This document shows positions 16,839 to 26,568 of a stretch of 64,000 nucleotides of DNA, piece by piece (position 1 is the stretch's first letter; every line of letters begins with the position of its first letter). The translations under genes and the position numbers were made by a program. The notes under the pieces are model-generated. The model was not told where the DNA came from and ran no database searches. It saw only the letters and a list, made by a program, of their open reading frames with translations. The DNA comes from Candidatus Micrarchaeota archaeon (lineage in GTDB: Archaea > Micrarchaeota > Micrarchaeia > Anstonellales > Bilamarchaeaceae). The stretch covers positions 2,558 through 66,557 of the forward strand of contig WJMK01000014.1 of assembly GCA_014727975.1 (NCBI GenBank), given 5' to 3'.

Positions 16839-16849
16839 TTATTTAAATA
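16839..16849 (+). promoter_or_regulatory. TATA-like box (TTATTTAAATA) about 27 nt upstream of the ATG at 16871
   Basis: Same geometry as the other starts. Confidence 0.35.
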
Positions 16850-16870
16850 GCTGCATGCAAATATTCCAGC

Positions 16871-17554
16871 ATGAGAAAAACAGTATTTTTGCTTTTGGGA
16901 TTTGTGCTGCTGCTAATGCTTGGGTGCCCTTCAGAGGAAGCCGCTGGGGAGGCTGAGGTTCCTGATGAGGCTGGGCCTGGAAAAATGCCCGGAGAAGAGG
17001 CTCCTGAAGAAGAAGCCCATGGGGCGGCTGCAGAGGGAGAAACTCCCGGGGAAGTGCAGAATGAAACTATAGAAGAAGAGCCGGGGGAAGTCCCTGAAGA
17101 GGAAGAACCTGAAGAAGAGCCCATTATCTGCGTGCCTGTAGCAGTTTCAGGGTATGCGGAAGTAATTGTGTACAGGGATGATGTGCAATATTACGGGGAT
17201 GAGGGGATGGTGGTAAGCGCAAGGGAACTGGAAATCGGGAAAACCCTTAATGTTCCGGGTGGAGGGTCAGTAACACTTGAAGAGATACTCCTGGATGCGG
17301 ACTGTGAAGAATGCGGGGAAAAACCTTCCTGGACATACAGCCAGAAAGCAAAGTTAAGGATAAGCGTGCCCAATGCCCCTGAAGACATTGTAGTTGTTGC
17401 AGGAGAAGGGGGGCACGGGTTCTTCAACTCAAGCTATATGTGCAAAACACTGGACTGGGACGGGGAAACCTGCCTTGAGTACGTGCCGGATGGGCAGAAG
17501 CAGTATTACGTTGGAAGGGTTACAGCAGAGAAAACGTGTGTTTGGGAGGAGTAA
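16871..17554 (+). CDS. Putative lipoprotein with an acidic Pro/Glu-rich linker and a Cys-containing globular domain
   Basis: Signal with a lipobox-like LMLGC, then a roughly 70-aa E/P/A/G-rich linker. The C-terminal domain has several Cys. No recognisable family. Confidence 0.55.
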   Translation: MRKTVFLLLGFVLLLMLGCPSEEAAGEAEVPDEAGPGKMPGEEAPEEEAHGAAAEGETPGEVQNETIEEEPGEVPEEEEPEEEPIICVPVAVSGYAEVIVYRDDVQYYGDEGMVVSARELEIGKTLNVPGGGSVTLEEILLDADCEECGEKPSWTYSQKAKLRISVPNAPEDIVVVAGEGGHGFFNSSYMCKTLDWDGETCLEYVPDGQKQYYVGRVTAEKTCVWEE

Positions 17555-17585
17555 AACAAAAATAGAAAAAGGAGGGAAGCATAAG

Positions 17586-20500
17586 CTACTTCCCGTAATG
17601 GTTCCTGAACCACCAATAGCCTACCAGGCCCAGCCCCAGGAGGATCAGCACAAACCAGAGCATATTCTGCTGCATCTCCGTTACCTCTTTGCCGTTTGGC
17701 ATTTTTGGCTCGGTCACTGAAGGCACTTCAGTTGAAACTACTTCTGCAGGGGGAATCCCTGCCTCTTCAGCCACCAGGGCATTTGCAGCTGCAAGCGCTG
17801 CCTCTGCGTACCTGAGGGCATTTTCGCAATCCCCTTGCTCCTTTGCTTCTTTTGCCTTGTCAAGGAGCTCTTCTACCTCCTCGGTATCAATGCCCTGTTC
17901 CTTGGCCTCATCAATCCTGTCTTCTGTTTCCTGGATTGGCTCATCGCACTCTTCGCATTCTTCTTCCTCTTCAGGCACTATGCATTCGTTGTCCCTGCAA
18001 AGCTCCCCCTCTGCACAATCCTCATCAGAGCAGCACTCATATGAAACGCATTCGTGGTCCTTCACTTCCCCGCATTCGCACTCAACAGGGGTGCACTCTC
18101 CATCAGAGCAGTATTCGTCACCTGGGCAATCATTATTGCTTGTGCACTCAGGCTCAGGTTCTTCAGTCTCCACACAAGCGCAATCTACGCATTCGTAGCC
18201 AGAAGCGCAGCCTGTTCCGGGCACTCCGCATTCAATATCTGATTTTGGAAGGCACTTGTTATTGCCGATGCTGCAGTAGTAGCAGTCAGGGCAGTCAATA
18301 TCGCTTTCACAAACATACTCCGGCTCGTCACCATCTCCATCATCCGGAAGGCCTTCATACACTGCAAAGAGCCCATATACGTCTAGATATATTGCAAAGT
18401 TCTCTGGGTCAATTCTTGCTTCTGCCGGGCCTCCCCCATCCAGGAGGTCCATTATGAATTTTGACCTGTCTTTCTGTGTAAAGTTGTATATCTTGATTGT
18501 CTGCTCTGTTTCATTATGTATCTGGCCCTCAACAGGGCTCCAGTATGCCTTCATTATCAGCTCCTGCTCTTCAACAGATGCCCTCAGCACAACAGGCCTC
18601 TCCAGGGAGCCTGCACAAGCTCCCTCGGCACCCATCCTGGGTTCCTGGCAGTAACCATATCCTACTGGGCCCATGCTGCACTCGCAACCTTCCTCGCAGT
18701 CGGAGTCAGAGAAGCAAATGATTTTTCCACACCTGCCGATGCTGTCGCATTTGGAGCAATCGGAGCAGTCGCTGTCCTCTTCACACTGGGAACACTCAAA
18801 GCCATTGCAGTACGGGAAATCCGGGTCCGCGCAGTCGCTGTCTTCTTCGCACTCCCTGTCTGCATCAGGTTTGCAAATGCTCTGCTCAACCCAGCAGAAT
18901 TCACCTCTGGCGCAGTCCGAATCTTCTTCACAATATATCCCTGTTTCCTCCACGCGGAGCTGGTAGAGGGCCATTGTGCTCCCATCGTAGCCTCCTGTGA
19001 AGCCATAGTGCACAGTGAACTCATCTATCTTCGGGTCTACTGGGGCACGGGCCCCTCCATCTTCCCCAATTCCAGCAATAAGGAAATACTTGTTGTTGTA
19101 AGAAATCCTTTCCCCAAGGCCGAAAGGATCTATGTCCAGGTATGCAGTAACATTTACCTCGAGGTCTTCGCTTTCCAGGTGGATTGAGTCCACGGTCGGG
19201 AGAGTGGTGTCAGATAGGAGGTAGACTACTGTTGCATTGTCTTCAACAGAAACTCTTACTGATGAAGGCCCGGAGCCGATTGTTGTTTCATCAAGGCTCC
19301 AGTGTGGCTGGTTGGTTGGGGCCTCCAGGATGCCCATTCTGTAAATCGGGCTCGCCTCTATAAATTCAAGCTCGATTATCCCTTTTGGAAGTGCTTCATC
19401 AAGGAGGCCGAATGCCTCTGCCCACTGGTCCCTGCCCCCTTCCTCAAAAGTATCAGAAAGGGTGGAGAACATTGTTTCCCCATTCCTGTAAAGATAAGTG
19501 TTGCGCACAGTTATTGCCTGGTTCGGGCTGCTGGGCGGGGTGTAGCCGGTTGCCCTTTCACGCTCAAAATAAGAGGCATCCAGGATTCCAAGTATGTTGT
19601 TGTCGTATATCCTGCAGCGGTCCACAAGATGATGGCCCCTGCTCAGGAGCACCATCCCATAATTATTGTGGTAGGAGCGCACTGAATTGAAATCATTTTC
19701 ATATACTCCTGCCTCACATTTGAGGGAAGTGAAGTTGCAGATCTCCCCTGCTGCCATGTCACACTCTGAATAGGCATAGCATGTGGTGGGGGCATTCAGT
19801 GTTGCGCCTCTCGAGCCAGTGGGGGGCATGATCATGCTAAGGCTAAGGTCGATGACTCCGGCCCCAAGCGGGAGTAGCTGGAGGTCCTCATATGCCCCCG
19901 GCACATCCCCTTCAAAGATATCGTGGAGGTTGCCATCGTTCCCTGATGTTGCGGTGTTTTCGAAATTGGCTGCATAAGATTCGAGCATCCCGTAGCCGAA
20001 AATGTCATTGTTGGTTGCAGAACCTCCGGAAATTGTTGCCTCATCGCTCATTAAAAGAGCAAGCCCGATGGTGCTGTCTGAAAAGCTTGATGAAGAGATT
20101 GTGGCGCGGGGGGAATATGCAAGAACTGCTCCTGCGCCGACCTCCTTGAATTCAGGTTCCGGGGCCCGGAGGGTTTCCCCTGCACGCAGCCCGCCCCCTA
20201 AAAAGCCCATGAGGAGGTCAAGTATTGCTGTTGCGTTCATCTTGTTGTTTCTGCTGGTAAAGCTGGACACTTCAAGGTTTTCTGACATAAGAGCGAGTAT
20301 CCCGAAGCCGCTCCCTTCTGCATTTGAACCGGATATCGTAACATCCGGAGTTGCAAGCACCCCGAATCCCATAAAGTTGTTCTGGGAGGTTGAGTCGCTT
20401 ATGCTTGTGCCGTTGCTCAGTATAAGGAGCATTCCGTTGTTGTCCAGTGTGTCAGAGCCGGAAACAGTTACTCCTGAAACCACTGAATCAGTTGCGTTGC

Positions 20501-21587
20501 AGAGAATCACTTCTGAATAAGTGTTTCCATACAGGTTGACTGTTTCATGGGAGTAGTAAATGGGCCTTGCCCCTGAGCCTGTGTTGCGCTCCACCGTATT
20601 GAGGCAAAGCATGGACATGTAAGATGCCCCAGCGTCAGCTTTAAGTTCGGAGGCAAGCATGCCTCCTCCAAATACCCTGTCTCCCCCTACCAGCATGTCC
20701 AGTTCCATGTTTTCTTCAAGGATGTTGTCAGTGTATGTTCCATTGTAATCAAAGAAATTGAGGCCGATAAGGTTGTCGTAGGCATGGTTGTTGGTGAAGG
20801 TTGTTCCATATTCAGATGGGGGGTCGGCAGCCGGAGGCCTGGGGGGCTTTGGGATTGCCCCTTCGATATAGAAGCCGTTTGTGTTATTGTAGGCGGTGTT
20901 CCCATCTACAAAATTTCCTGCTGACTGGCCAATTTCAAAGCCGCCGCCTTCATAATATTCCCAGTCATTTCCATATGCAGTGTTTCCGGTTACTGTATTA
21001 TTGTAGCCCGAAATAGCTAATCCTGACTCTGCATTGTTATATACTGTATTATCGGTTATCGTATTATTTCTTCCTTTTATGGTGAGGCCTGAATAGCCTG
21101 AGTTGTAAACTTCGTTCCCGGAAACAAGATTCTCGTCCCCTGAGACATATGCGCAAATCTCTCCCTCAGGGGTTTCGTAAATTGTATTGCCGGTAAGCTC
21201 AGAGTAATCTGCATCCAGGTAGATGTTGTACATCTCATTCTTGAAAATTGTGTTGTTGTCTACGCTGGAGCCATTTGGGGAATCACCATATATCCCATAA
21301 TCATATTGTGTAATTATGCAATTCTTTACTGTGATGTTCCGTGCCTTGAAATCAATGGCAGTATACGTGCCTGCGCCTCCGGTCCCGGTGAGATTGTGCC
21401 CAGCGCAATCAAGGGTGACGTTATCTGCCAAAATCCTTATGCACCAGGTATTGCTGTCATTAACCCCTGCCAGGTCTGTTGTTAGCTCATATTCGCCTGA
21501 AGAAGTAATGCCTTGGCAATAATCTACTGAAGTCGCAGAAAAAACAAAACCTACAAGAACCAGGAATAGAACAAGAGTCCTCACCAT
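17586..21587 (-). CDS. Giant surface protein (1333 aa): signal peptide, right-handed parallel beta-helix (PbH1/NosD-like) repeats, Cys-rich modules, coiled coil and a C-terminal TM anchor
   Basis: N-terminal MVRTLVLFLVLVGFVFSA. Repeated NNTI/GNT motifs (NITVKNCIITQYDYGIYG, DNNTIFKNEMYNIYL, GNTIYE, GNEVYNSGYSGLTIKG, DNTVYNNAESGLAISG, GNTAYGN). C-terminal modules of type CEEDSDCARGEFC / CEEDSDCADPDFPYC / CTSNNDCPGDEYC. The final segment MLWFVLILLGLGLVGYWWF is followed by RNHYGK. Confidence 0.8.
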   Translation of the reverse strand: MVRTLVLFLVLVGFVFSATSVDYCQGITSSGEYELTTDLAGVNDSNTWCIRILADNVTLDCAGHNLTGTGGAGTYTAIDFKARNITVKNCIITQYDYGIYGDSPNGSSVDNNTIFKNEMYNIYLDADYSELTGNTIYETPEGEICAYVSGDENLVSGNEVYNSGYSGLTIKGRNNTITDNTVYNNAESGLAISGYNNTVTGNTAYGNDWEYYEGGGFEIGQSAGNFVDGNTAYNNTNGFYIEGAIPKPPRPPAADPPSEYGTTFTNNHAYDNLIGLNFFDYNGTYTDNILEENMELDMLVGGDRVFGGGMLASELKADAGASYMSMLCLNTVERNTGSGARPIYYSHETVNLYGNTYSEVILCNATDSVVSGVTVSGSDTLDNNGMLLILSNGTSISDSTSQNNFMGFGVLATPDVTISGSNAEGSGFGILALMSENLEVSSFTSRNNKMNATAILDLLMGFLGGGLRAGETLRAPEPEFKEVGAGAVLAYSPRATISSSSFSDSTIGLALLMSDEATISGGSATNNDIFGYGMLESYAANFENTATSGNDGNLHDIFEGDVPGAYEDLQLLPLGAGVIDLSLSMIMPPTGSRGATLNAPTTCYAYSECDMAAGEICNFTSLKCEAGVYENDFNSVRSYHNNYGMVLLSRGHHLVDRCRIYDNNILGILDASYFERERATGYTPPSSPNQAITVRNTYLYRNGETMFSTLSDTFEEGGRDQWAEAFGLLDEALPKGIIELEFIEASPIYRMGILEAPTNQPHWSLDETTIGSGPSSVRVSVEDNATVVYLLSDTTLPTVDSIHLESEDLEVNVTAYLDIDPFGLGERISYNNKYFLIAGIGEDGGARAPVDPKIDEFTVHYGFTGGYDGSTMALYQLRVEETGIYCEEDSDCARGEFCWVEQSICKPDADRECEEDSDCADPDFPYCNGFECSQCEEDSDCSDCSKCDSIGRCGKIICFSDSDCEEGCECSMGPVGYGYCQEPRMGAEGACAGSLERPVVLRASVEEQELIMKAYWSPVEGQIHNETEQTIKIYNFTQKDRSKFIMDLLDGGGPAEARIDPENFAIYLDVYGLFAVYEGLPDDGDGDEPEYVCESDIDCPDCYYCSIGNNKCLPKSDIECGVPGTGCASGYECVDCACVETEEPEPECTSNNDCPGDEYCSDGECTPVECECGEVKDHECVSYECCSDEDCAEGELCRDNECIVPEEEEECEECDEPIQETEDRIDEAKEQGIDTEEVEELLDKAKEAKEQGDCENALRYAEAALAAANALVAEEAGIPPAEVVSTEVPSVTEPKMPNGKEVTEMQQNMLWFVLILLGLGLVGYWWFRNHYGK

Positions 21588-21717
21588 GCAATAATTTGGA
21601 ATAAAAAAGTATAAAAATAGCTGGGGTGTGCATGCCTCTTAAAATCGGGGGAGAATGGTGGCAGGGCTTTGGGCAAATCCCGAAGGTTTATAACTTTTCA
21701 AAACGGAAAAGGGATGT

Positions 21718-23163
21718 ATGCTGGTACTGGTGTGTGGGCTTCCGGGGGCTGGGAAAAGCACCCTTGCAAAAGCACTTGCGGAAAAACTGAGTGCAGTTTA
21801 CCTGAGCAGCGACATCATAAGGATGAAGATGCTGAGCGAGCGCACCTATTCCGAGCATGAGAAATACAAGGTTTACGGAAGGATGGTGGAAGAAGCGGGG
21901 AAGCTGCTTTCCGCGGGGAAGGCGGTTGTGTGCGATGCCACTTTTTACAAGAAAAAAACCAGGGCTGAAATGAGGGGGGCTGCAGAGAAGGCTGGTGCAG
22001 AACTGCATATTATCTTATGCCAGCTGGATGAGCAAACCCTGGAAGAGCGAATGGAACAGAGGGGAAAGGAGGGGGCAGGTGCAAGCGAAGCAGACTTCAG
22101 CATCTACCTAAAAGTGAAGGGGCTGTTTGAGCCCATTGAAAACGAGCACCTTGTATTGGACACTTCTGTGCCTGTTGAAGAGCAGGTAGGCACTGCAGCA
22201 GAATACATTGAAAAGAAATCGGGATGGAAGCCGGAGGAGCTGGGGATGGAATTCAAGGAAACCCATATCTCCTGGGTTTTCCTCTCAGGGGATTTTGCAT
22301 ACAAGGTAAAAAAACCTGTGAAATTCTCATTCCTGGATTTCTCCAGCCGGGATAAGCGCAGGGAATATTGTGAAGAAGAAGTAAGGCTGAACAAGCGCCT
22401 CTCCCCGGAAATCTACCTGGGCGTTGTCCCCCTTGTGCGGGAAGGCAATTCCCTCAGATTCGGGGGGAATGGGCGGCCTCTGGATTATGCAGTGAAGATG
22501 AAGAGGATGGGCAGGACCATGGACAGGGCCCTGGAAGAAGGGGAAGTGGACAGGGGGAATGTTGAGGAAGTTGCAAAGGAGATTGCAGGATTCCACAATG
22601 CGGTTCCCGTGATACAGGACCCAAGGTACAACTCTCCGGAAATGGTGAAAGAGCAGATAGACGACCTTGGCTCGGTAAAGGAAACTGTGGAAAGCGCGTG
22701 TGGGATGGGGGAAAAGGTCGAATTTGTTCTTGAAAAATCAGACTTGTTTATACGTGAAAATGAGGGGCTTATGCGGAACCGCCAGGTGGACGGCATGGTA
22801 AGGGACTGCCATGGGGACCTCCATACCTCCAATGTATTTGTTGCGGAAAAAAAATACATCTTTGACTGCATTGAGTTCAGCGAGGATTTCAGGTTCATAG
22901 ACATTGCAAGCGAGGTCGCATTCATGGCAATGGACCTGGATGCAAGAGGCAGGGAGGACCTCTCAGAAGTCTTTGTGGGGAAATACCTGGAGCTTTCAGG
23001 GGACCCAAATTTGATGAAGCTGCTGGATTTCTACAAATGCTACCGGGCAAATGTGCGGGCAAAAGTTGCTGCGCTGGAGTACCTGCAAAACCCCACAGAA
23101 GAGGGGAAAAGGAACGTTGAGAAATACCTCTCCCTTGCGCAAAAGTATGCGGGAAAGCTTTAG
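21718..23163 (+). CDS. Two-domain kinase: N-terminal P-loop (AAA_33-like) kinase fused to a C-terminal aminoglycoside-phosphotransferase/protein-kinase-like domain
   Basis: LVCGLPGAGKSTLAKALA at the N-terminus. The C-terminal half has THISWVFLSGDFAYKVKKPV, LNKRLSPEIYLGVVPL and the catalytic loop CHGDLHTSNVF, followed by FDCIEF. Confidence 0.7.
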   Translation: MLVLVCGLPGAGKSTLAKALAEKLSAVYLSSDIIRMKMLSERTYSEHEKYKVYGRMVEEAGKLLSAGKAVVCDATFYKKKTRAEMRGAAEKAGAELHIILCQLDEQTLEERMEQRGKEGAGASEADFSIYLKVKGLFEPIENEHLVLDTSVPVEEQVGTAAEYIEKKSGWKPEELGMEFKETHISWVFLSGDFAYKVKKPVKFSFLDFSSRDKRREYCEEEVRLNKRLSPEIYLGVVPLVREGNSLRFGGNGRPLDYAVKMKRMGRTMDRALEEGEVDRGNVEEVAKEIAGFHNAVPVIQDPRYNSPEMVKEQIDDLGSVKETVESACGMGEKVEFVLEKSDLFIRENEGLMRNRQVDGMVRDCHGDLHTSNVFVAEKKYIFDCIEFSEDFRFIDIASEVAFMAMDLDARGREDLSEVFVGKYLELSGDPNLMKLLDFYKCYRANVRAKVAALEYLQNPTEEGKRNVEKYLSLAQKYAGKL

Positions 23164-23165
23164 GG

Positions 23166-24731
23166 CTAATGCCTGAAGTGCCTTGTTCCTGTGAAGAGCA
23201 TGGCCATTCCATGCTCATTTGCTGCCTCTATTACTTCCTGGTCTCGGATTGAGCCCCCTGGCTGGATTATTGAAGTTACGCCCCTTTCTGCAGCCGTATC
23301 TATTCCATCCCTGAATGGGAAAAATGCATCGCTTGCCATTGCGCAGCCCTTTAGGGTTTCCCCGCGGGACTCTGCAATGTCTGCTGCAAGGCGGGCTGCG
23401 TCCACCCGCTTCATCTGGCCCGCGCCAATTCCTATTGCCTGGTTGCTGCGCGCATAAACAATTGAATTGGATTTTACATATTTGCAGATTGTCCATGCAT
23501 ACATCAGGTCCTTCATCTCCTGTTCTGTTGGCTTGCGCTCAGTAACCACCTTGAGCTTTTCCGGGTCATAGAGGAGAATGTCCACGTCCTGGGTAAGCAG
23601 GCCGCCGCAGATGCTCCTGTATGAGATTTGAGGGGGGCGCTTTACAGGGAATTCGCATTCTCCTGTCTCGATGGCGCGAAGCCTTTTTTTCCTGGAAAAA
23701 ATTTCAAGTGCCTCTTCTGCAAAAGAGGGGGCGACAATAACTTCATAAAAGCGGGTGATTATTTTTTCCGCGAGGTCTTTCTCAACCTTGCGGTTAAGGC
23801 AGACTATCCCCCCAAATGCCGCATCACTGTCAACTGCAAGCGCTATTTCATATGCCTTTACTATATCTCCGTTTGTGGCAACACCGCAGGGGTTGTTGTG
23901 CTTCACGATTACTGCTGTAGGCTCTTTAAACTGCTTAAGCAGGGCAAATGCTGCATTGATGTCAAGTATGTTGTTGTAGGAAAGCTCGCGCCCCTGGAGC
24001 TGGCTGAAATTGGGTACGCAGCATTCGCTGAGCTGCGGGTCTTTGTAGAGTGCAGCGTTCCCCTGTGAGGGGTTTTCCCCATACCTCAGGTCCTGCATCT
24101 TCCTGAAAGAGAGGTTGAGGTATTCCGGGGTTTTCTGCTCAGGGAAAAACTTTGAGCGGAGAAAAGACTCGATTACCGTATCATAATGGGAAATTTCCAT
24201 GAATGCCTCCACTGCAAGCTTTCTCCTTGTTTCCAGGGAAACGTCCCCGTTTGCAGTAATCTCTTCGCTTACTTCCCCATACCGGGCAGGGTTGGAGATT
24301 ACGACCACATTTTCGAAGTTTTTTGCTGCGGCGCGGATAAGGGTTGGGCCGCCTATATCTATATTCTCTGTTGCAGTTTCCACTGTGCAGTCCGGAAGCG
24401 AAGTAACCTCCTCAAACGGGTAAAGATTTACTGCAACAAGGTCTATCATGCCTACTCCAAGGCTCTGGGCCTGTTCCATGTGCTCCTCTTTTTCCCTTTT
24501 TGCAAGTATTCCGCCATGGATTTTAGGGTGAAGGGTCTTTACCCTCCCTTCCATCATTTCCGGAAATCCGGTAAGGTCTGCAACATCAAAAGTCTGGACT
24601 CCCGCATCCCTGAGGGCCTTGGAGGTGCCTCCGCTTGAAACAATCCCTATCCCCTGTTCTGAGAGGAACTTGCCAAAATCAGCAATCCCTTCTTTGTTGT
24701 AAACACTCAGCAGTGCCCGCTTTATTGCCAT
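23166..24731 (-). CDS. purH: Bifunctional AICAR transformylase / IMP cyclohydrolase
   Basis: N-terminal MGS-like domain ([37 protein letters not shown]) and a C-terminal AICARFT domain ([19 protein letters not shown]). 521 aa. Confidence 0.92.
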   Translation of the reverse strand: MAIKRALLSVYNKEGIADFGKFLSEQGIGIVSSGGTSKALRDAGVQTFDVADLTGFPEMMEGRVKTLHPKIHGGILAKREKEEHMEQAQSLGVGMIDLVAVNLYPFEEVTSLPDCTVETATENIDIGGPTLIRAAAKNFENVVVISNPARYGEVSEEITANGDVSLETRRKLAVEAFMEISHYDTVIESFLRSKFFPEQKTPEYLNLSFRKMQDLRYGENPSQGNAALYKDPQLSECCVPNFSQLQGRELSYNNILDINAAFALLKQFKEPTAVIVKHNNPCGVATNGDIVKAYEIALAVDSDAAFGGIVCLNRKVEKDLAEKIITRFYEVIVAPSFAEEALEIFSRKKRLRAIETGECEFPVKRPPQISYRSICGGLLTQDVDILLYDPEKLKVVTERKPTEQEMKDLMYAWTICKYVKSNSIVYARSNQAIGIGAGQMKRVDAARLAADIAESRGETLKGCAMASDAFFPFRDGIDTAAERGVTSIIQPGGSIRDQEVIEAANEHGMAMLFTGTRHFRH

Positions 24732-24772
24732 AGAAACCGTACCATATTAGTGAAAAAAGCACTTAAAAAGCA

Positions 24773-26236
24773 TTATGGTTTTGGGAGGGGCGGCTTTGGG
24801 CTGGAGCCATCTGCCAACTCGGGCTTATGCATCCCTGTTGTTTCAACAAGCACAAAGTTGCCGAACTCTGCTGCAACTGAGCCAGGCTCGGAAATTTTCC
24901 TTAGCTCGCTTTCGGTTATTGAGGGAGTCTGGGATGCTCCTCCCATCCCTCCCGGCTTCGGGGCCTGTATGGAAAACATGGCGTACTTGCCAGGTGCGGG
25001 AGAGGGGTCATCCGTTGTTTCAAGGCCTGCTGCCTGCACCCAGTAGGCAAGCCCCCCTCTTGGGCCAAATATCTGAGAGCCAGGATGGGCTTTTGCAAAT
25101 TCAGAAAGGGCCTGGTACTCCTGCATGCTTATCAGGGGCATCCTCTGCATTCCTGAGTCTGTGAACATATATAGTGTATGGAGAGACATCAGGAGCATTA
25201 CTGCATAGAATACTGCTTTTTCCTTCCGGAAATAGAAGGCCCCAAGGCCTGCAAGCAGGGCAATGGGGATATATGTGTTCATCTCAAACCGGAAAACCCA
25301 GGAATCATCCACGAACATGGGCTGGGTAAGCAGGAAGCTCACTACAATCCATGGGATGAAAAGAATGGCCCATTTAGGGTCTATCCTGTATGCGGAATAA
25401 AGCCCCAGCATTGCAAGCAGGGAAAAGAAGCTGTACATGGAGAACATGTTGAGGTTTATGGTGCCGGATTTCCCGGGGGGGCCATCATCCAGGTATTCCA
25501 GGCCCACGGGCCCTATGCTGTAGTCCCCCAGGAGCCCGGGCTTGAGCAGGAGGACTGCAAGGGCAGCCAGCCCGATTCCCCCTATTATTGCAAAGCATTT
25601 GAGCGATTCAGTTGTTATCCTCTTTTCGTGCATGAAATTATAGATGGGGAGGAGCAGGAGCAGCGGGGTTATCGAAAAAAGCAGATATGCAGAAGAGGAA
25701 AAATGCGTTCCTAGCATGAGCACAAATGCGACTATTGCAAGTGCTGTATTGCGGGTGCTGGTTTCCCGGATTGATTTTACTGCAAGGTAAACAAACCAGG
25801 CTCCGAAAAATAGCCCTATAGTATTCTTGAAAAGGTCCCCCATTATGAACATGTTTGAGGTGGAAAAAGAGGCAAGGAAGCCTGCAAAAACCGCAACTGC
25901 CCTGTCCTTGGTAACATATTTGGCTATTTTGTAGATTGGGAAGCAGATTGCTGCGGAAAAAAGGGAGATTGCAACCTTGAATCCAAGGAATAGGTCATTT
26001 GCGAGCCAGGTAAAGAGGGCGCCCAGGTAGAAAGCGATTGGGGGGTCGCTTACCTGCGGGTACCCATATAGGAATACGTCTTTTATGTGCATCACATAAT
26101 AGCCCGCATCCATCCCAGCAATCAATGGGTAGCGGGTTGAGAAATAGAGCTTGAGGATGAATGAAAAGAGGAAAACCAGGAAAAGGGCAATCCTGTAGAC
26201 ATTGAAATGGCCTTCCTGCTTCAGGAGTTTGCCCAA
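24773..26236 (-). CDS. Polytopic membrane protein, GT-C-like (PMT_2/ArnT-type) glycosyltransferase candidate
   Basis: About 11 predicted TM helices followed by a roughly 130-aa soluble C-terminal domain. An early loop with an acidic residue (GMDAGYY) is typical of GT-C enzymes. TTG start. The family call is tentative. Confidence 0.45.
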   Translation of the reverse strand: MGKLLKQEGHFNVYRIALFLVFLFSFILKLYFSTRYPLIAGMDAGYYVMHIKDVFLYGYPQVSDPPIAFYLGALFTWLANDLFLGFKVAISLFSAAICFPIYKIAKYVTKDRAVAVFAGFLASFSTSNMFIMGDLFKNTIGLFFGAWFVYLAVKSIRETSTRNTALAIVAFVLMLGTHFSSSAYLLFSITPLLLLLPIYNFMHEKRITTESLKCFAIIGGIGLAALAVLLLKPGLLGDYSIGPVGLEYLDDGPPGKSGTINLNMFSMYSFFSLLAMLGLYSAYRIDPKWAILFIPWIVVSFLLTQPMFVDDSWVFRFEMNTYIPIALLAGLGAFYFRKEKAVFYAVMLLMSLHTLYMFTDSGMQRMPLISMQEYQALSEFAKAHPGSQIFGPRGGLAYWVQAAGLETTDDPSPAPGKYAMFSIQAPKPGGMGGASQTPSITESELRKISEPGSVAAEFGNFVLVETTGMHKPELADGSSPKPPLPKP

Positions 26237-26273
26237 ACCCTACACCCTGGGATAAAAGAAAAGAAAGGGAGGT

Positions 26274-26564
26274 TTACTCCTCCCCTGGGGCTTTGTCGTA
26301 AGTGAAGTCTCCTGGAGGCTCGTTGATTTCTATATCAAAGAGGTTTGCAAGCTCTTCTGCCTCTTCATCTTCCTCCATGGCTTCATCTGTTGGTGGGGAC
26401 TCGGCCTCTTCTTCATCTCCAGAATCATCCTGCTGTTCTTCTGCAGGCTCACCTGCCTGCTCTTCCGGAGCCTGGGGCTGGGCCTCCCCTGCTTTCTTGC
26501 CCCCGCACCCTGCAAGCAGGAAAGAGAAGGCAACCAGCGCAAGTAGCAATAGTTTGTAGTTCAT
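26274..26564 (-). CDS. Small acidic lipoprotein (96 aa)
   Basis: Signal plus lipobox FLLAGC, followed by E/D/Q/P-rich low complexity. Confidence 0.5.
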   Translation of the reverse strand: MNYKLLLLALVAFSFLLAGCGGKKAGEAQPQAPEEQAGEPAEEQQDDSGDEEEAESPPTDEAMEEDEEAEELANLFDIEINEPPGDFTYDKAPGEE

Positions 26565-26568
26565 TTGC

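Noticed and set aside
17689-19187. Several plus-strand ORFs of 60 to 223 aa inside the giant surface-protein gene.
   Set aside because: They are Ser/His/Leu-rich antisense translations of the Cys/Asp/Glu-rich modules and have no start context. The minus-strand frame is continuous for 1333 codons and has a signal peptide, recognisable repeats and a TM anchor.
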